From assembly GCA_028534125.1 (NCBI GenBank), contig CM052816.1, forward strand, positions 38,070,001 to 38,134,000: a DNA stretch of 64,000 nt, in the 5' to 3' direction. The DNA comes from Lama glama. Taxonomy: Eukaryota. The notes under the pieces were generated by a model. The model made no database searches, was not told the origin of the DNA, and worked only from the letters and a program-made list of their open reading frames with translations. This document shows positions 51,450 through 64,000 of the stretch, piece after piece. Numbering within the stretch: the stretch's first letter is position 1; every line of letters begins with the position of its first letter. The translations under genes were made by a program, and so were the position numbers.

Positions 51450-53089
51450 TGAAACAACAGTTGAAAAGACTGCCTCTCCTTCCAAGGGAGCATCAAAAAC
51501 CTTCAGCAACTGTTAATTATGCAAAAGCTTAGAGTTTACCGAGAAAGACTTAGGGATACTGAGGAACCAGAAGAGTCTGGATGACTGTAAAATAAAACAA
51601 TCCAAAAGAAAAACTCTTCACTTTATCCTCTAGTTATTAGAAATTTTAAAAGATTAATATAATGCTATATATTTACTTTACCCATATGACAACTGAAGTT
51701 GAAATAATAGGACAAGTTTTCAGTGCATTACAAAAATGTGCCACATGGCAACTTCCAGTTTATTCCTTTTTCGTGTTTTGTACTGCATTTGGAGCAGGCT
51801 CCAACCATATATGTTGCAATTGCATTGTGATTGGTGTATGCCTTGTGTACAACTGCATGTCATAAATAATGGAAAAAGGACAAATTGACTTTATAGATAA
51901 CATAATTATCTACTTTAGGCTCAATTAAAGCAGTAAAGATGTTAAATTTACCTGATGTTCCCATTAATTTGGTACATGGTCTTATACAACTAAATGCCAC
52001 TGTACAAAAAGATTCAATTTACCATATGTTGCAATTCTAATGTAATTGCCATTGATCACTAAGTCACATTCTCTTTGTTGGATGATTAACAAATGAAGTA
52101 ACACTCTGTTATTATCCAATTGCCACCAGTTATGTACAGTAAAAGCTGAGAGGCAATGTTTATATACTGCTGAATACAAACATATAAGAAACTATTTACT
52201 CTGTTGATGGTAACTGAAAAGCACATTTAAAAATTGATCTATTTATCAATTTTTTGTCTTTACCAAGAATTCTTCATTCCTATTTTTCCTACTTTTTTAC
52301 TTTGTAGAAAATAGAATGTTTCTTTGAATTTTAAGAACCCATTCTCAATACAGATTTAAAAGATCAGATATTTCTCACACACAAAAAAAAGATTTCACGT
52401 CACAGCAATAATAGAATGAAGCAATTCATTTCCAACTAAATGATCTACTGCATCAAATATATACAGACTGCAAATAAGCAACTAAGCCAATTTAATGGAA
52501 CTACTGCAATATTTGGAAGGTATGACTCTATCCAGCCACCATGTTTCTATAAAGTAGTTAGTCTAGAGTCAGTACGTTTACAAATCTTAAAACTGAAACT
52601 CAGGAAGTGCTAATACTGTGTATGCCCTTCCCCAGATCTTCAGGATAGGTTGCTTCCATCTATATGAAGCCAATTGAAAAAGACTATCCACCATCTCAAG
52701 ATGAAGAAAGGATAACTTGCAACAGCACATACACGTGATCAGTGACACCTTTTGAGTGAATTCACTCTATGTGTTCAGCTGAGAATTCTGCAGCTGGCTC
52801 TCTGTTATTAGCAGGTGAAGGAGTCCAAAGAGGCCTGCATCGGACCAGCTGGCTTCACTGAATCACCCTGTGAAGGTAACATAAGCTAGAAAAAAGAATC
52901 CCTGACTTAACCTCTGCTCTGAAGCATTAAAAAGAGTCAGTATTGGATTTTTAAAAGTAAAGAAGGAAAGAAACCTAGGAGGCTCTACAGCTAGCATCTG
53001 ACAGAGTGGGGTCGCTGAATCCCAGAGTCTGTTCCCAACTTTACAGGTAATGAAACTCAGTTTAGTCAGTTCACCCAAGGATGACTCAG

Positions 53090-53800
53090 TGTCTCAATTC
53101 CTTCATTACATGTGGGCCCATTACAGTTTCAAATTCCTGCACTGTGACAACCCTAATCTAGACACCCATAATCCCTGACCTAAATTACTGCCATACAAGT
53201 CTCCTCCTTCCACCTGTGTCTCCTTTCCACTTATTTTACATCCTACAGTAAGAATGACCAACCTGAATTTCAAATCCAATCAAGCCACTGGACTGGTTAA
53301 AGATTTATGATCACAAACTTGCCTTCAGATAAAATCCAAAGGTATTATGAATGGTTACAGGGCCCTCTTGTCCAGCTTCTCTTACCCCCTCCCTAGTCTT
53401 TTTGACCAAGAGATACAAGCCTTTTCCTGTTCTCCATTCACACCATGCCCTCCCTCCGTGGACTCTCACAAGTACTGCCCTCTTGTCCTGCTTCTTTCTA
53501 TCATTAACTCCTACGTATCTTTTTCATCTTCTCAACTGGAAATAGATCTGGGAAGCTATTTTCTCATGATCTGTGTGTTCTCCTTGCTCCTTCTACATGA
53601 TTCTACTGCTTCTCGTGACCCCTGTTGTGAGGTATGTTATCACCGATGTACTGATATGTTGGCATCTTTACCTGTATCAACATTTATAAGCTCTTAGAGG
53701 GTTGTGTTTCTCAGGAGCATATCCCCATGACCTATATAACACCATAGTATGTAGGGGGTGTTCAACAGATGTTTGTTGAATATGTAAAAGAATGAAAAAG
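53090..53800 (+). mobile_element. L2 LINE 3' region
   Basis: CCTTCAGATAAAATCCAAA...; tail GTAGGGGTGTTCAACAGATGTTTGTTGAAT. Confidence 0.7.
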
Positions 53801-56524
53801 CAACATGTATCTGGTAAGTCAAAATGTATCAATGATTCTTAAGTTCTGTTTTTAAAAGTAACACTATTTTGTCAAACTGCAGCTCAAGCTATGTTCTTTA
53901 AAGCATCTGTGTATATTCTCAGGCAAGATATTTCTATAACCAACAAAATAAAATATTTTATTCTAGTCAGTTGATAAAGAAAAATATATTTTACCAAAAG
54001 ATGTATCATACTGAACATATTCTGTATTTCTAACTTAACATACACTAATGTTTATTTTAACAAATTATTGAAAAATAACATAATTTATTACTAATGGGTA
54101 TATAATATACTAACATATGAATATTCCAAACATTATTTTACTTTGTCTCTTAATAAAAATTTAGGTCATTTACAACTTTGAACTATTAAACATAGTGTCT
54201 GGATATTTATTTCTTTCTTTATTAAGCAATTATTTTAAGATAATCTAAGCTTTTCTAGAAGATGACATCATCTTTAATTTCAATTACTATAAAGACTGTA
54301 AGATGCTCACTGTGCTTTAGTCAATGATTGTTTACCTTTCTAAAACTATTCGTAGATAGACTTTCTGGTCAAGAATGTGTTCAAGTCTTTACTGTGATTT
54401 TTCAGAGTTTCTTTGACTCCACACATACTCTACGCAGAGTACACATTACATCATGTCACATTTCCTTGAGTGCCTGACTACAACTTTTAATTCATTGCTT
54501 CTAATCTGCTGAAAGTTTAGAAGCCAGATCACTAGGCTTGCTCGAACTACACAGAAACATAAATGTATTATCTGACTGAAGTACTGGTATGATGCTTAAG
54601 ATTTTCCTCATTACTGTGTACATATATATACAGATTTACACATACACGTGTATTATACAAATATACATTCTCAAGGGAATTTGCATCAATTTTATACATT
54701 TCTAAGAACTGCATCTGAGTTAATTGGAAAGGTTTACAGTCGTCATTTCAATACGCCTTCATTATAATGCATGGTTTAGAGCTATAGGTTACTATAAATA
54801 GCTACCAAGTAATGTCAAGAGGATTCAAAAATTTCCCAGTGATAAAGTTCTTGTTTTGAAAGGGTATGGATTACTTCACAACTACTGTTGTCTAGTGCTG
54901 GGAACACATTTGACATTACTTTGAGTAGAATACAAAAGTTATTCAAAAATCAAATTGTGTTAGATCAACTGAGCTGTAGTGAAGTCATCTATGAAATTAA
55001 CCTGTCTATATAGAACCTCATAGCTCTTAAGAAATCAGGTATGAAATTTGCATCTTCTTTTTAACATATTACATCCCTAGGCTTTAGTAATGACTAAAGA
55101 AAGAAACTGCAGATGAGTTATGTTTGTGGAAACATTCTTAGGCAATTGCAGTTCACAACAGTAAAACCATCTTGTACCTGTCCAACTAAACTGCTGTGAC
55201 ACCTAGCAAATACTTCCATGAATGGGTAAATTGTGCATCTTTAATGAATGTGCCAAAAAGGTGCCATACATCCTACTAAAACACTGGATTTTGTTTTCAT
55301 AAAGATCTGAAATGCAAAACATCACCACATTGTCTTTAAATTCTCTTATCACAAAAATGCTCACATTTAATTTTAGTCCAGGACACAGCAGATGAATGTT
55401 ATACTATCAGACGCTTTGTGTGCCTTTGCTGCCCCCTTAAGACAAATAAACATAAATAAAAATCTGGTTATAACCTAGCATTGCCTGAACAGTTTCTCCA
55501 GAAATCTGTTCGTATAGTCCGTAAGTGTGTGCTTGCACATGCACACAAAGAAACACACACACGCACACATCACAGAACCATCCAAACGGAGAAACCGACT
55601 GGTTAGAGATTATTGGACAATTAAATCAATGTTGTGTTGGACTCTGCTCTGTAATCAATGAAAATATTAGTTTTGCTTAATGATCTGAGAAAACTATGTA
55701 TATTTTAAGTTCTATAGAGTCCAAGATTGAGTACCCATGTTTATCTACATTTTTAAGATTTTTCTTGAAGTAGGTCATTGAGGAAAAGAGCATTTTTTAT
55801 TTGTATGCCTTAAGTATAAAATTGAAAGATTTTAATATAACTTATAATCCTTAGACATCTAAATAAAAATATATGGCTCATAGGTATTTTTGTAAGTATT
55901 TTATGAGAAACAGGAACATATTTAAGATGATGCAAGAAATAATAAATGATGAGTTAAAAATAAAATTATGTTATCTGCTTATAAATTTGAAAGGGGACAG
56001 ATTATAATGTGATGTTTGCTACTGGTTTTATTTCTAATATAACAGACATTAGAATAATTACAGATACAATGTATTCTTTAAACTAGGTTTTCTCTGTAGA
56101 ATGCATTAATCTTTAATGAGACCAATATTTTGGCTTTATTTAAAAGAAATCAACAAATTTTAATCAATAAATAAACACTGAGCAAAGCATTACTGTCAAG
56201 CCTGAGTTACTGTAATGCATACTTGCCTTTATCAGAAACGTGAAGCAATTTTGAAGAGAGCCACCTACAAATACCAGTGAGGGATACTGAAATTTTCCAA
56301 ACTCTGCAATGTATTGTTATCATGCTGGTAAGAATCGGAAACCACATTAGTCTCAATTTTTCCTCCAATATCTTAACCCATTGATCTAAATGGGAATATT
56401 CAATGACCACCAATACTCCTTTTTGGAAGACTTTTTTGGTTGATATGTATAGATGAAACATTAATAAATTCATTAGAAATCTGCATTACCTTATGTTGAA
56501 GACTAAATAAGATTTTGTATATTA

Positions 56525-56640
56525 GATTTTATTTTTACTGAAGTGTAGTTGACTTACAACATTAGTTTCAGGTGTAGAGCAAAGAGATTCAGCAATACAT
56601 ATACATACATATATTTTTTTCTTTTCAGTTTCTTTTCCAT
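56525..56640 (-). mobile_element. Short artiodactyl-type L1 3' end
   Basis: CTGAAGTGTAGTTGACTTACAAC...AGTTTCAGGTGTAGAGCAAAGAGATTCAG. Confidence 0.75.
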
Positions 56641-57799
56641 TAGATGCTTTACAAATGTACACTTTATTTTTTATTGTAACTGCAAGATTTAAGCATAAAG
56701 GCTACTGCAACTTATGTTGGACAAACCATTTCCTCTGTCATTTCCGTTCTATTATCTAAATAATTCTATCACGAATAAAGAAATATCTGTAATTCATATT
56801 TATTGTTCAAGGAGAAAAGTATTTTAAAAAAATTTTCTTTATAATCTATTCTGAAAACAAATTGGGTGACTTAAAAGGTGTGTGTGGGGCGGGGAGTGTA
56901 CGTGTGTGCAGTGTACTGAGCAGGGCTGGAAAAAGAGTAGTGTGGAAGTCCTCGGAGTAGAACAGGTCATCCTGAAGGAGGGCCCGTTAATTCATCAGAG
57001 GGATTGGAAGTGAAAGATGCTAGAAGGCCAGAATAAGCCTGAATCATTTGGGTGATAGGGGTTCGTGCTGGAAGTAAAAGCAACTTGAATTCCATCTGTC
57101 CTAAGTTTTCTGACTTTTAGGTTCAGTCCCTGTGGTGAAAGCACTATCTCCTCACTGCTGCCAGTGCCCCTCTCTTATCATGTGCAGAAGATTAAAAATG
57201 CTGTCAGAGCTGGCCATGTCCAATAACCGCAGGCTGGCTTTGACTGCAAGCAAACGCTGTATCAGTTCCCCTTTGCATCTGCATCAGCTACCAGAGAGCA
57301 ATCAGATGTATCAGCAGGAAGCCTCACCTCACTGCCAACAGACCGACCCGTTCAAGCAGGATGACTTCTAGAACGCCTTACCAGGACAGGATGTTCAGGG
57401 CAGCCAGCAGGCTTTACAGTTCTGCTAAGCTGATACTCCTCAAAATGATCTCCTAGTTCCTTCAATGGATATTTTTGTCTTATACAAACAAACCTTTAAT
57501 GATTCAATTGTGAAATCAATGTGTTATCATATAAAAAAGAATATTTTTTGATCTACAATTTTTCTTATGACCATTAAAATGTTTACTCAGATTGTGGAAT
57601 GTAAAGAGCATTTTAAAAGTGTTTTCTCATGTACCATTAACCAACCTCATATATTATAAAATACAGTTGTTATCATTGTTCCAATATTATGAAGAAGAGA
57701 TGGCACAGAAGCTTCTTATAATGGAAATGTAAAATACATTGTAAAAGTCTGAGCTAACAGCCTCCAGAGTGTAATGTGCCCCCCTTGGTCTTGACTATT

Positions 57800-58332
57800 G
57801 TATTCGTCAGATTAAGATAAGTTATGTTGTTATTTGGACAGGTCATTAATCCTTTTTATTATTCACTCTGTAGTGTTATAAAAGCAAAATTTTTGGACAT
57901 GAAAAAAAAAAAAGATGTCATGTTGTATTAACAAATGACCCTAAAAATTTTAGTGGATTTTAACAACATATAATTTTGTTTTCTCACTCATGTTACATAC
58001 TTACTATCATTGGTCAGCTGCATGTTCTTCAGTCAGGGACCAAGAGCTTTAGAATACTCTTAGCTACATCATTGTTGAAACAAAAATGATGAAAGGAATT
58101 GATCATTCTTAAATGCCCTGCTTAGGAGTGGCAAACATCCCTTCTGTTCATGTTGCACTGGCCCAAGCAAGTCACACAGACAAAATTGCTATGACCAGAG
58201 TGGCTAAGCATTATCCTCACAGGGAAGAGCCACCTGGACATGGCCAGACCTGACATCCACAGGGCAGGGAAATGAACTTCTTTCACAGGAAGAACAGAAA
58301 TACTTGGGGAGAATAAATACAGTCCTCCACTA
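57800..58332 (-). mobile_element. MaLR LTR (MLT1J-like), preceded by a MIR fragment (~57600-57780)
   Basis: AACAAATGACCCTAAAAAT..AGTGG..TAACAACA...ACTGGCCCAAGCAAGTCACA...ATGGCCAGACCTGACATC. Confidence 0.7.
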
Positions 58333-60559
58333 TCATGAAGGTGCCCAGGTAGCCAGGAAGTAATCTCTGATGAGTACATGTCAGGATAACGTCCTAGGTG
58401 TGAAGGTAAGCTCAGAGCTGGACAGAATCTGGGCAAGAGAACTCTAAGTTCATGTCACACCTGCAGACTTCCTCTCCAGATCAAACATTCCTAAACTAAG
58501 TTGAACTGGGGTGGCCCTTAGTATCTAGAGAGCAAGCTTGATATGGTAAATTTGGGATTCCTCTATTTTACAGATATATGATTTGTGCCTAATGCCTTTT
58601 TTTTTCCTTCATTGTCTTTAATAAAGTCCTCCACAAGTTTCAGATGTCTCCTACTAAAAGCAGCAGTTTCCGTGGACTTCTGGGACAAATGGTTGACAAG
58701 TGAGCCGTGGGTCCCAGGTAGTATGCTTGTTAATGGCAGAGAAAACGAATGAAAAGTCCTCGAAGGAAGGTAATATTCACAGTGAGAGAGGTAATGCCAC
58801 TTATTCCTGTGACTTTATTTTTAGAAATATTCCTCCAGTTTTAAACATTTGAAAACGTAGGTTTTATTTTATTAATACAGTTAGCATGCCCTTGTGTACC
58901 CCTTGGGGTTAAAACTGATCCTACAAACATGAGGAGCTATGGCATAAGTTTAGTCACAGTATATTATGATGTATTTGCTGTTTCAGAATTCTGTTCATAA
59001 AATTTAATAAAAATCCATCTATATATTGACTTTATAATAACTGTTAGAAATTACAGGATTCTCATAGCATCTTTAACATCTCCCTTCTTTGTATGTGAAA
59101 CAATGACTGACAAGCATAGGACAGGATAATTTAATTGGCCAAAGTTAAAGTAAATCCAAATAGAAAAGCCCACTTTGATACCTCACCTTTTTTCCCAATT
59201 AGAAGTAAACTCAGGTTTCCATCACTTCCACGCTCAAGGTTTCCAGAAAATCTGACAATCATTTTTATCAGGGCCAAATATTCTCGAGTGTGAAGTGCTC
59301 AGAGAGCTCCCTCAGCACAGGTCTGTTTCACTCTCAGTATCTTTTAGGTTTTAATCCTCTTTTGATACAGTAGCTGAACAGAATGGAGCTCATGAAAATG
59401 AAACCTGGGAAGGCCTGCATATAACTCACACTGAGGAGTATAATTGGGCTTAGCTTTTCACACTGTTCTAATTATATGTATTCAGTGTTCTTGCTGCTTG
59501 GAAAACGTGGAATTCTGAATTGAGGTTATTTTGCCAAAAAGATGGATACTTCTCAGACATACATATCATGATAAACAGTGGTGTATTAGGCACTTAGAAG
59601 GACAATTATGTGACCTTTAAAAAAAGTATAGATATTTATATAGGTATGCATTGATCAAAGTAGAATTTTAATAATAGAATATGCAAATATTGTCAAATAC
59701 AATCAAAAGCACTTTATAGCACTAAACAGTAAGAATGTTAAAATGTTGTTACTTCATATTTGTATTTAATTCTTTTGCTTATCTGACTGTGAGCCTGTGA
59801 TTTTGTTAAGAAATAAATGTCAAGAAATGACAAAATTTTTATGATTTAAAATTTCATATTGATTTCTGGGTCAGTGTTTCTTAGCGTAATATGCTAATCG
59901 GTATCATACAGAAAAATATTACTGTCAGATTCATTTAGGACAAAGCTGTGAAGTACATCTCAGAGCCTTTAATTTTTTACTATGTATCATACTTTCCCAA
60001 AATGAAAATATTCTAGGCAGTAGTTTCCAAATTCCTCAAACCTTTTCCCTCAAAGATTTTTTTCCTACAGAACAATCTTTGGTAGACATTATTCTGACAA
60101 AACATTGTGGTAACCCACATTTCACATCTGCACCAAGGGGTGGCCCTCCCAAGCCTGGCCTGCCTGCAGCTCTAGAGATTGGAGTGATGGGGGGTCTCTG
60201 AAAAGCCCTCTGCCCAGAGGAACCACAGGGCATTACGTTTGGCTTAAGAATACTAAGAAAGTTTGAACTTCAACCAGGAAGGGATGAACTGGATATTAGA
60301 CTCTATTTTGAGATATATAAAGAAAGTAGTTTCAAATTTTGTCTTCCTAACCAGCTTGCATATTTCCCTAAAAGCAGACTGAAGCCTTCTGATCGAATCT
60401 AAAATTGGCCTAGTTCTTCAGTGCTTCAGGATAAAAATGACCTGGCAATAGTGCCAATGGACAGTCATCTATTCTTTCCTTATATTTCTGCTGTACCCAC
60501 CTGAGTCTACTTACTCCTTTGGACTGAACATATGTAAACTTGTATTAGAAATATTTCAT

Positions 60560-60680
60560 TGCAATTAAGAGGTCATGCTCTCTGGGTTCATCACTTAACA
60601 GCTGGTGGTAGACAAATTAACCTCTCTAACCTCAATTTTCTCATCTGTGAAGTAGATAGGGCGGTTTCCAATAGAAAGAT
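60560..60680 (+). mobile_element. MIR fragment
   Basis: TTAACCTCTCTAACCTCAATTTTCTCATCTGTGAA core. Confidence 0.7.
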
Positions 60681-60859
60681 GAGCTAGACAAACAAAATAA
60701 CCACAACAGTGTTTTTATAAATTTGGGTTAAAGAACATCTGTAGATACAATGATACGTGCTTAAACACTTAGAAATAATACGATAGAATAAAGAAAACTC
60801 CTTTTTTAGCAAAGCAAAGACTTGTATTATTTACATGTTAAAAAGGGCAAGATAAATTC

Positions 60860-61335
60860 AGTAAATTAAAACCCAAATTGAACTGGTTTAAGACAACCAA
60901 AAAAACTTATTGGCTAATTAATACAAATTAGAACTCATGGGTAATTCTGGCTTTAAGTATGGCTTCACTCAGGTCTCAGACAAACTTGTCCATCTCCATC
61001 TCTCAGCTCTGCTTTGTCTATACAGGCAGCATTCTGTGCTTTGTGTGGTCTAGCCCAGGCATATGCCTCTTCATCTGTCCTTAGCTTCCAGTTCTCATGC
61101 TTAGAAGCCTAATATAGTAGAAAAATTAATTTTTCTATGATATATCCCACCCATGTTCTAGAATTTGCTCTTTCTTACTGGACCAAATGAGTTCACAATC
61201 TTAACAATAAAGAATTACTGAGTCTCAGGGTCAGTGAGAACTATATTTAAATCTATATACAGAGAGAGGCAGGAAACTGGTACCCTCTAAAGGGAAAGAA
61301 GGATGCAGATAAGACAGTAAAGACAACTGCTCCAT
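60860..61335 (-). mobile_element. Old MaLR LTR (MLT1K-like)
   Basis: AACTGGTTTAAGACAA...CTCCATCTCTCAGCTCTGCTTT... Confidence 0.55.
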
Positions 61336-62129
61336 CCTGTCCTGCCTATGTTATACTTGCTTACAGGTAATATTTAGAAAGGTGATGAAAATAGTTGACC
61401 AATAGCCTGTGGCAATTACAGATTCTCCCAACTACTTAGTTTTTTGCAAAGATATGGATAATTGAAATATGGCAGTCTGTCTTCAGAACATTTAATGTTT
61501 ATTTTTGGCATGATTAGACGTTTTCCTATACCACTTTTGTTCTGTTTAACATTTTAATTACCTATAATTATAAATACAACAAAAACTAGCAAGGAGGAAG
61601 AAATATAGACTTATGTGTTATCAAGTAAACTGTCTTTTAGAATTAAACTATTGTATAAATAGGCCTCAAATTAATAATTAATATTAAATTAATCATTCAA
61701 TGGTATCTGGATAACACAACTCTAGAGAGTTTCACATCTCTATCAGAACATGTACTGAGGTTAAGTTTTATTATCTTAAATAAGTGTGAAAGAGACAGAA
61801 TAAAATTGGAAATTCAACAAATGCTGCACATCTATATGTGTATGTATGGATTATCTTGACCAAGACAACACGTATAAAAGGTATTAGTATGTAACAACTG
61901 TGTGAGAAAAAGTTCTAATATAACAATTTTTTGAGTTATGTTTTTCTGTCACTGTTATTAATAAGATTTTGTATGCATAAATATCTGATATATATTTAAA
62001 ATTATAGTATATTCAAGTTAAATATCCTACTCTAGTGTGTATTAAAATTCTAAATAAACTGTAGAAAATATTTGGTCAGAAACATGGTTAACACAGGGAT
62101 CCAAGAAAATATAAAACAAATGGAATACA

Positions 62130-62480
62130 CTTCACTCATTCATTCATTCATGTATTCACTCAATAAAGATTAATGAGCACCCTCTATGCCAGCACTGAAC
62201 ATATACAAGAAATTCATCAAGAATGAGACATGCACAGTGCCAGCCTTGAAATTTATCTCCTAGTGGATTGTTACTCTTTGATGAGTGCCTGCTGTATGTT
62301 AACCATTATGCTAAACCCTGAGACACAGTGGGTACATGGAAACAATTGACAATGAACAGACAATATGTTTTAGTATGAATAAAGGACAAGGAAAAAGTTT
62401 GTGCAATGTCCTTCTGGAGCTAAGATCAGAAACACTTGAAGACTGGAATGATAGAATCATTTCCTGACAAAACTGAGTCA
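62130..62480 (-). mobile_element. L2 3' fragments
   Basis: (CATT)n tail and TAATGAGCACCCTCTATGCCAGCACTG. Confidence 0.7.
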
Positions 62481-62489
62481 TAAAGAATG

Positions 62490-63221
62490 AGAAAAGGGAA
62501 CCCTCATGAGCTGCTGGTGGGAACGCAAATTGGTGAAACCACTGTAGAAACAGTATGGAGGTTTCTCAAAAAACTAAAAATAGAACTACCATAGGACCCA
62601 GCAATTCCACCTCTAGGTATATATCCGAAAGAATCAAAACTAATTTGAAAAGACACATACACCCCAATGTTCGTAGCAGCATTACTTAAAACTGCCAAGA
62701 TACGGAAGCAACCTAAGTGCCCATCAACAGACAAATGGATAAAGATGTGGCATGTGTGTATACACACACACATATACGTACAGTGGAATATTACTCAGCC
62801 ACAAAAAGAATGAAATAATGTCATTTGCAGCAACATGGATGGATGCAGAAGATACTATGCTAAGTGAAATAAGTCTGACTGAGAAAAACTAATACTGTAT
62901 GATATCACTTACATGTGGAATCCAAAAACATAAAATAGTGAATATAACAAAAAAGAAGTAGACTCACAGACACAGAAAATAAACTAGTGCTTATCAGTGG
63001 GGGGAGGAAAGGGGGAGGGGCAATATAGGCATAGGGGAGTAAGAGGTACACTATCAGATATAAAAAAAGCTACAAGTATATATTGTACAACAAGGGGAAT
63101 ATAGCCAATATTTTATAATAACTATAAACAGAGTTTAACCTTTAAAAACTGTGAATCATTCTGCTGTACACCTGTAACTTATAAAATTTTGTACATCACC
63201 TATACTTCAACTTAAAAAAAA
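62490..63221 (+). mobile_element. 5'-truncated L1 (ORF2 end + 3'UTR + A tail), artiodactyl-type
   Basis: GAAAAGGGAACCCTC...GACCCAGCAATTCCAC...CATTTGCAGCAACATGGATG...TATACTTCAACTTAAAAAAAA; possible TSD AAAGAATG / AAGGAATG. Confidence 0.92.
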
Positions 63222-64000
63222 GGAATGCAAACACTCTAAGATAAGGAAAAGGGTAAACTGTTCTAGGTACCAGTGGTAACACCAAGGAAAAGGAGTCAAA
63301 TATTTACTCACATTATTAAGCAGTCTTCAAATGTTTAATATATGTGAGTCATAAAATGAAAAGAAAAGCCTTGAGAAAGGCGTAACTCAGTGATGCAAGC
63401 AAAAATCAACCCACGAAATTCCTCCCAGCCACTTAAAGGGTTTCATTTCGAAGCTGAAGTAAGCCACTGAAATGTTTTTAACTGAATAGCATTTATATAT
63501 GTGAAAGATCATGGTGACAATGGCATCGTGGCTGAATTAAAAGTGAGAGAGTAAAAACAAATATTTTTTCTTATTAGGAAGGTATGACAGTTATTCAAGC
63601 AATACACAGTTGGAGTGGGAACTAAGTCAGTAACTGAAAAATGGAAAGAAAGGGATAAATCAAGAAATACTAACAAATGAGAGTCGAATTACAGGATGCT
63701 GGGATGTACCGAATGGTTGTTTATAGTTTTCTAATATGATAAAGATAATTTCACCCCCTGGTATGGCAATTAAAGGGCAAAAAAGTGTCTTACACGTAGC
63801 AGCTAGGTAGGAACTTAGAGAATACTCATTATTTACAGGAGAGAACAAGGTCTACTAGTGACCAATTATACTTGAAAGTTTTCCTGTCTTCTGATTTAAT
63901 ATTATTTTGTTAAAAGTATTCATGGCATATTTTTTACTTTTTAAGTGTGATGATCAAAGCAATGACTTTGGTAAGTTAAATTCCACAAAATACTATTAAA

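Noticed and set aside
62504..62773. 89-aa minus-strand ORF
   Set aside because: Antisense reading of L1 ORF2/3'UTR.
1..64000. CRISPR array, operon, prokaryotic defence system or non-retroviral viral insert
   Set aside because: The sequence is mammalian repeat-rich DNA with no regularly spaced repeats, no long ORFs and no compositionally foreign block.

Overview
AT-rich, CpG-depleted mammalian non-coding DNA (gene desert or a large intron), most likely from a camelid, judging from a Vic-1-type tRNA-derived SINE at ~14.4 kb and several camelid/artiodactyl-type L1 3' ends. I cannot support any host protein-coding gene. The ORF-track entries are transposon remnants (Tigger1 transposase, L1 ORF2, retroviral RT) or chance ORFs. 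Much of the window is ancient interspersed repeat (L1, L2, MIR, MaLR/ERVL LTRs, hAT and Tc1/mariner DNA transposons). The most notable items are: (1) a heavily deleted two-LTR class III provirus with a tRNA-Ser primer-binding site and RT remnant, split by an MLT1B LTR with an intact 5-bp TSD; (2) a probable MER121-type ancient conserved repeat with a perfect octamer motif; (3) a nested, twin-priming-inverted L1 insertion; (4) a perfect 15-bp inverted repeat; (5) several repeat-free candidate enhancers and cryptic exons. I found no evidence of a new multi-gene biological system. All repeat family names come from recalled consensus sequences and need RepeatMasker/Dfam confirmation; boundaries of old elements are approximate.
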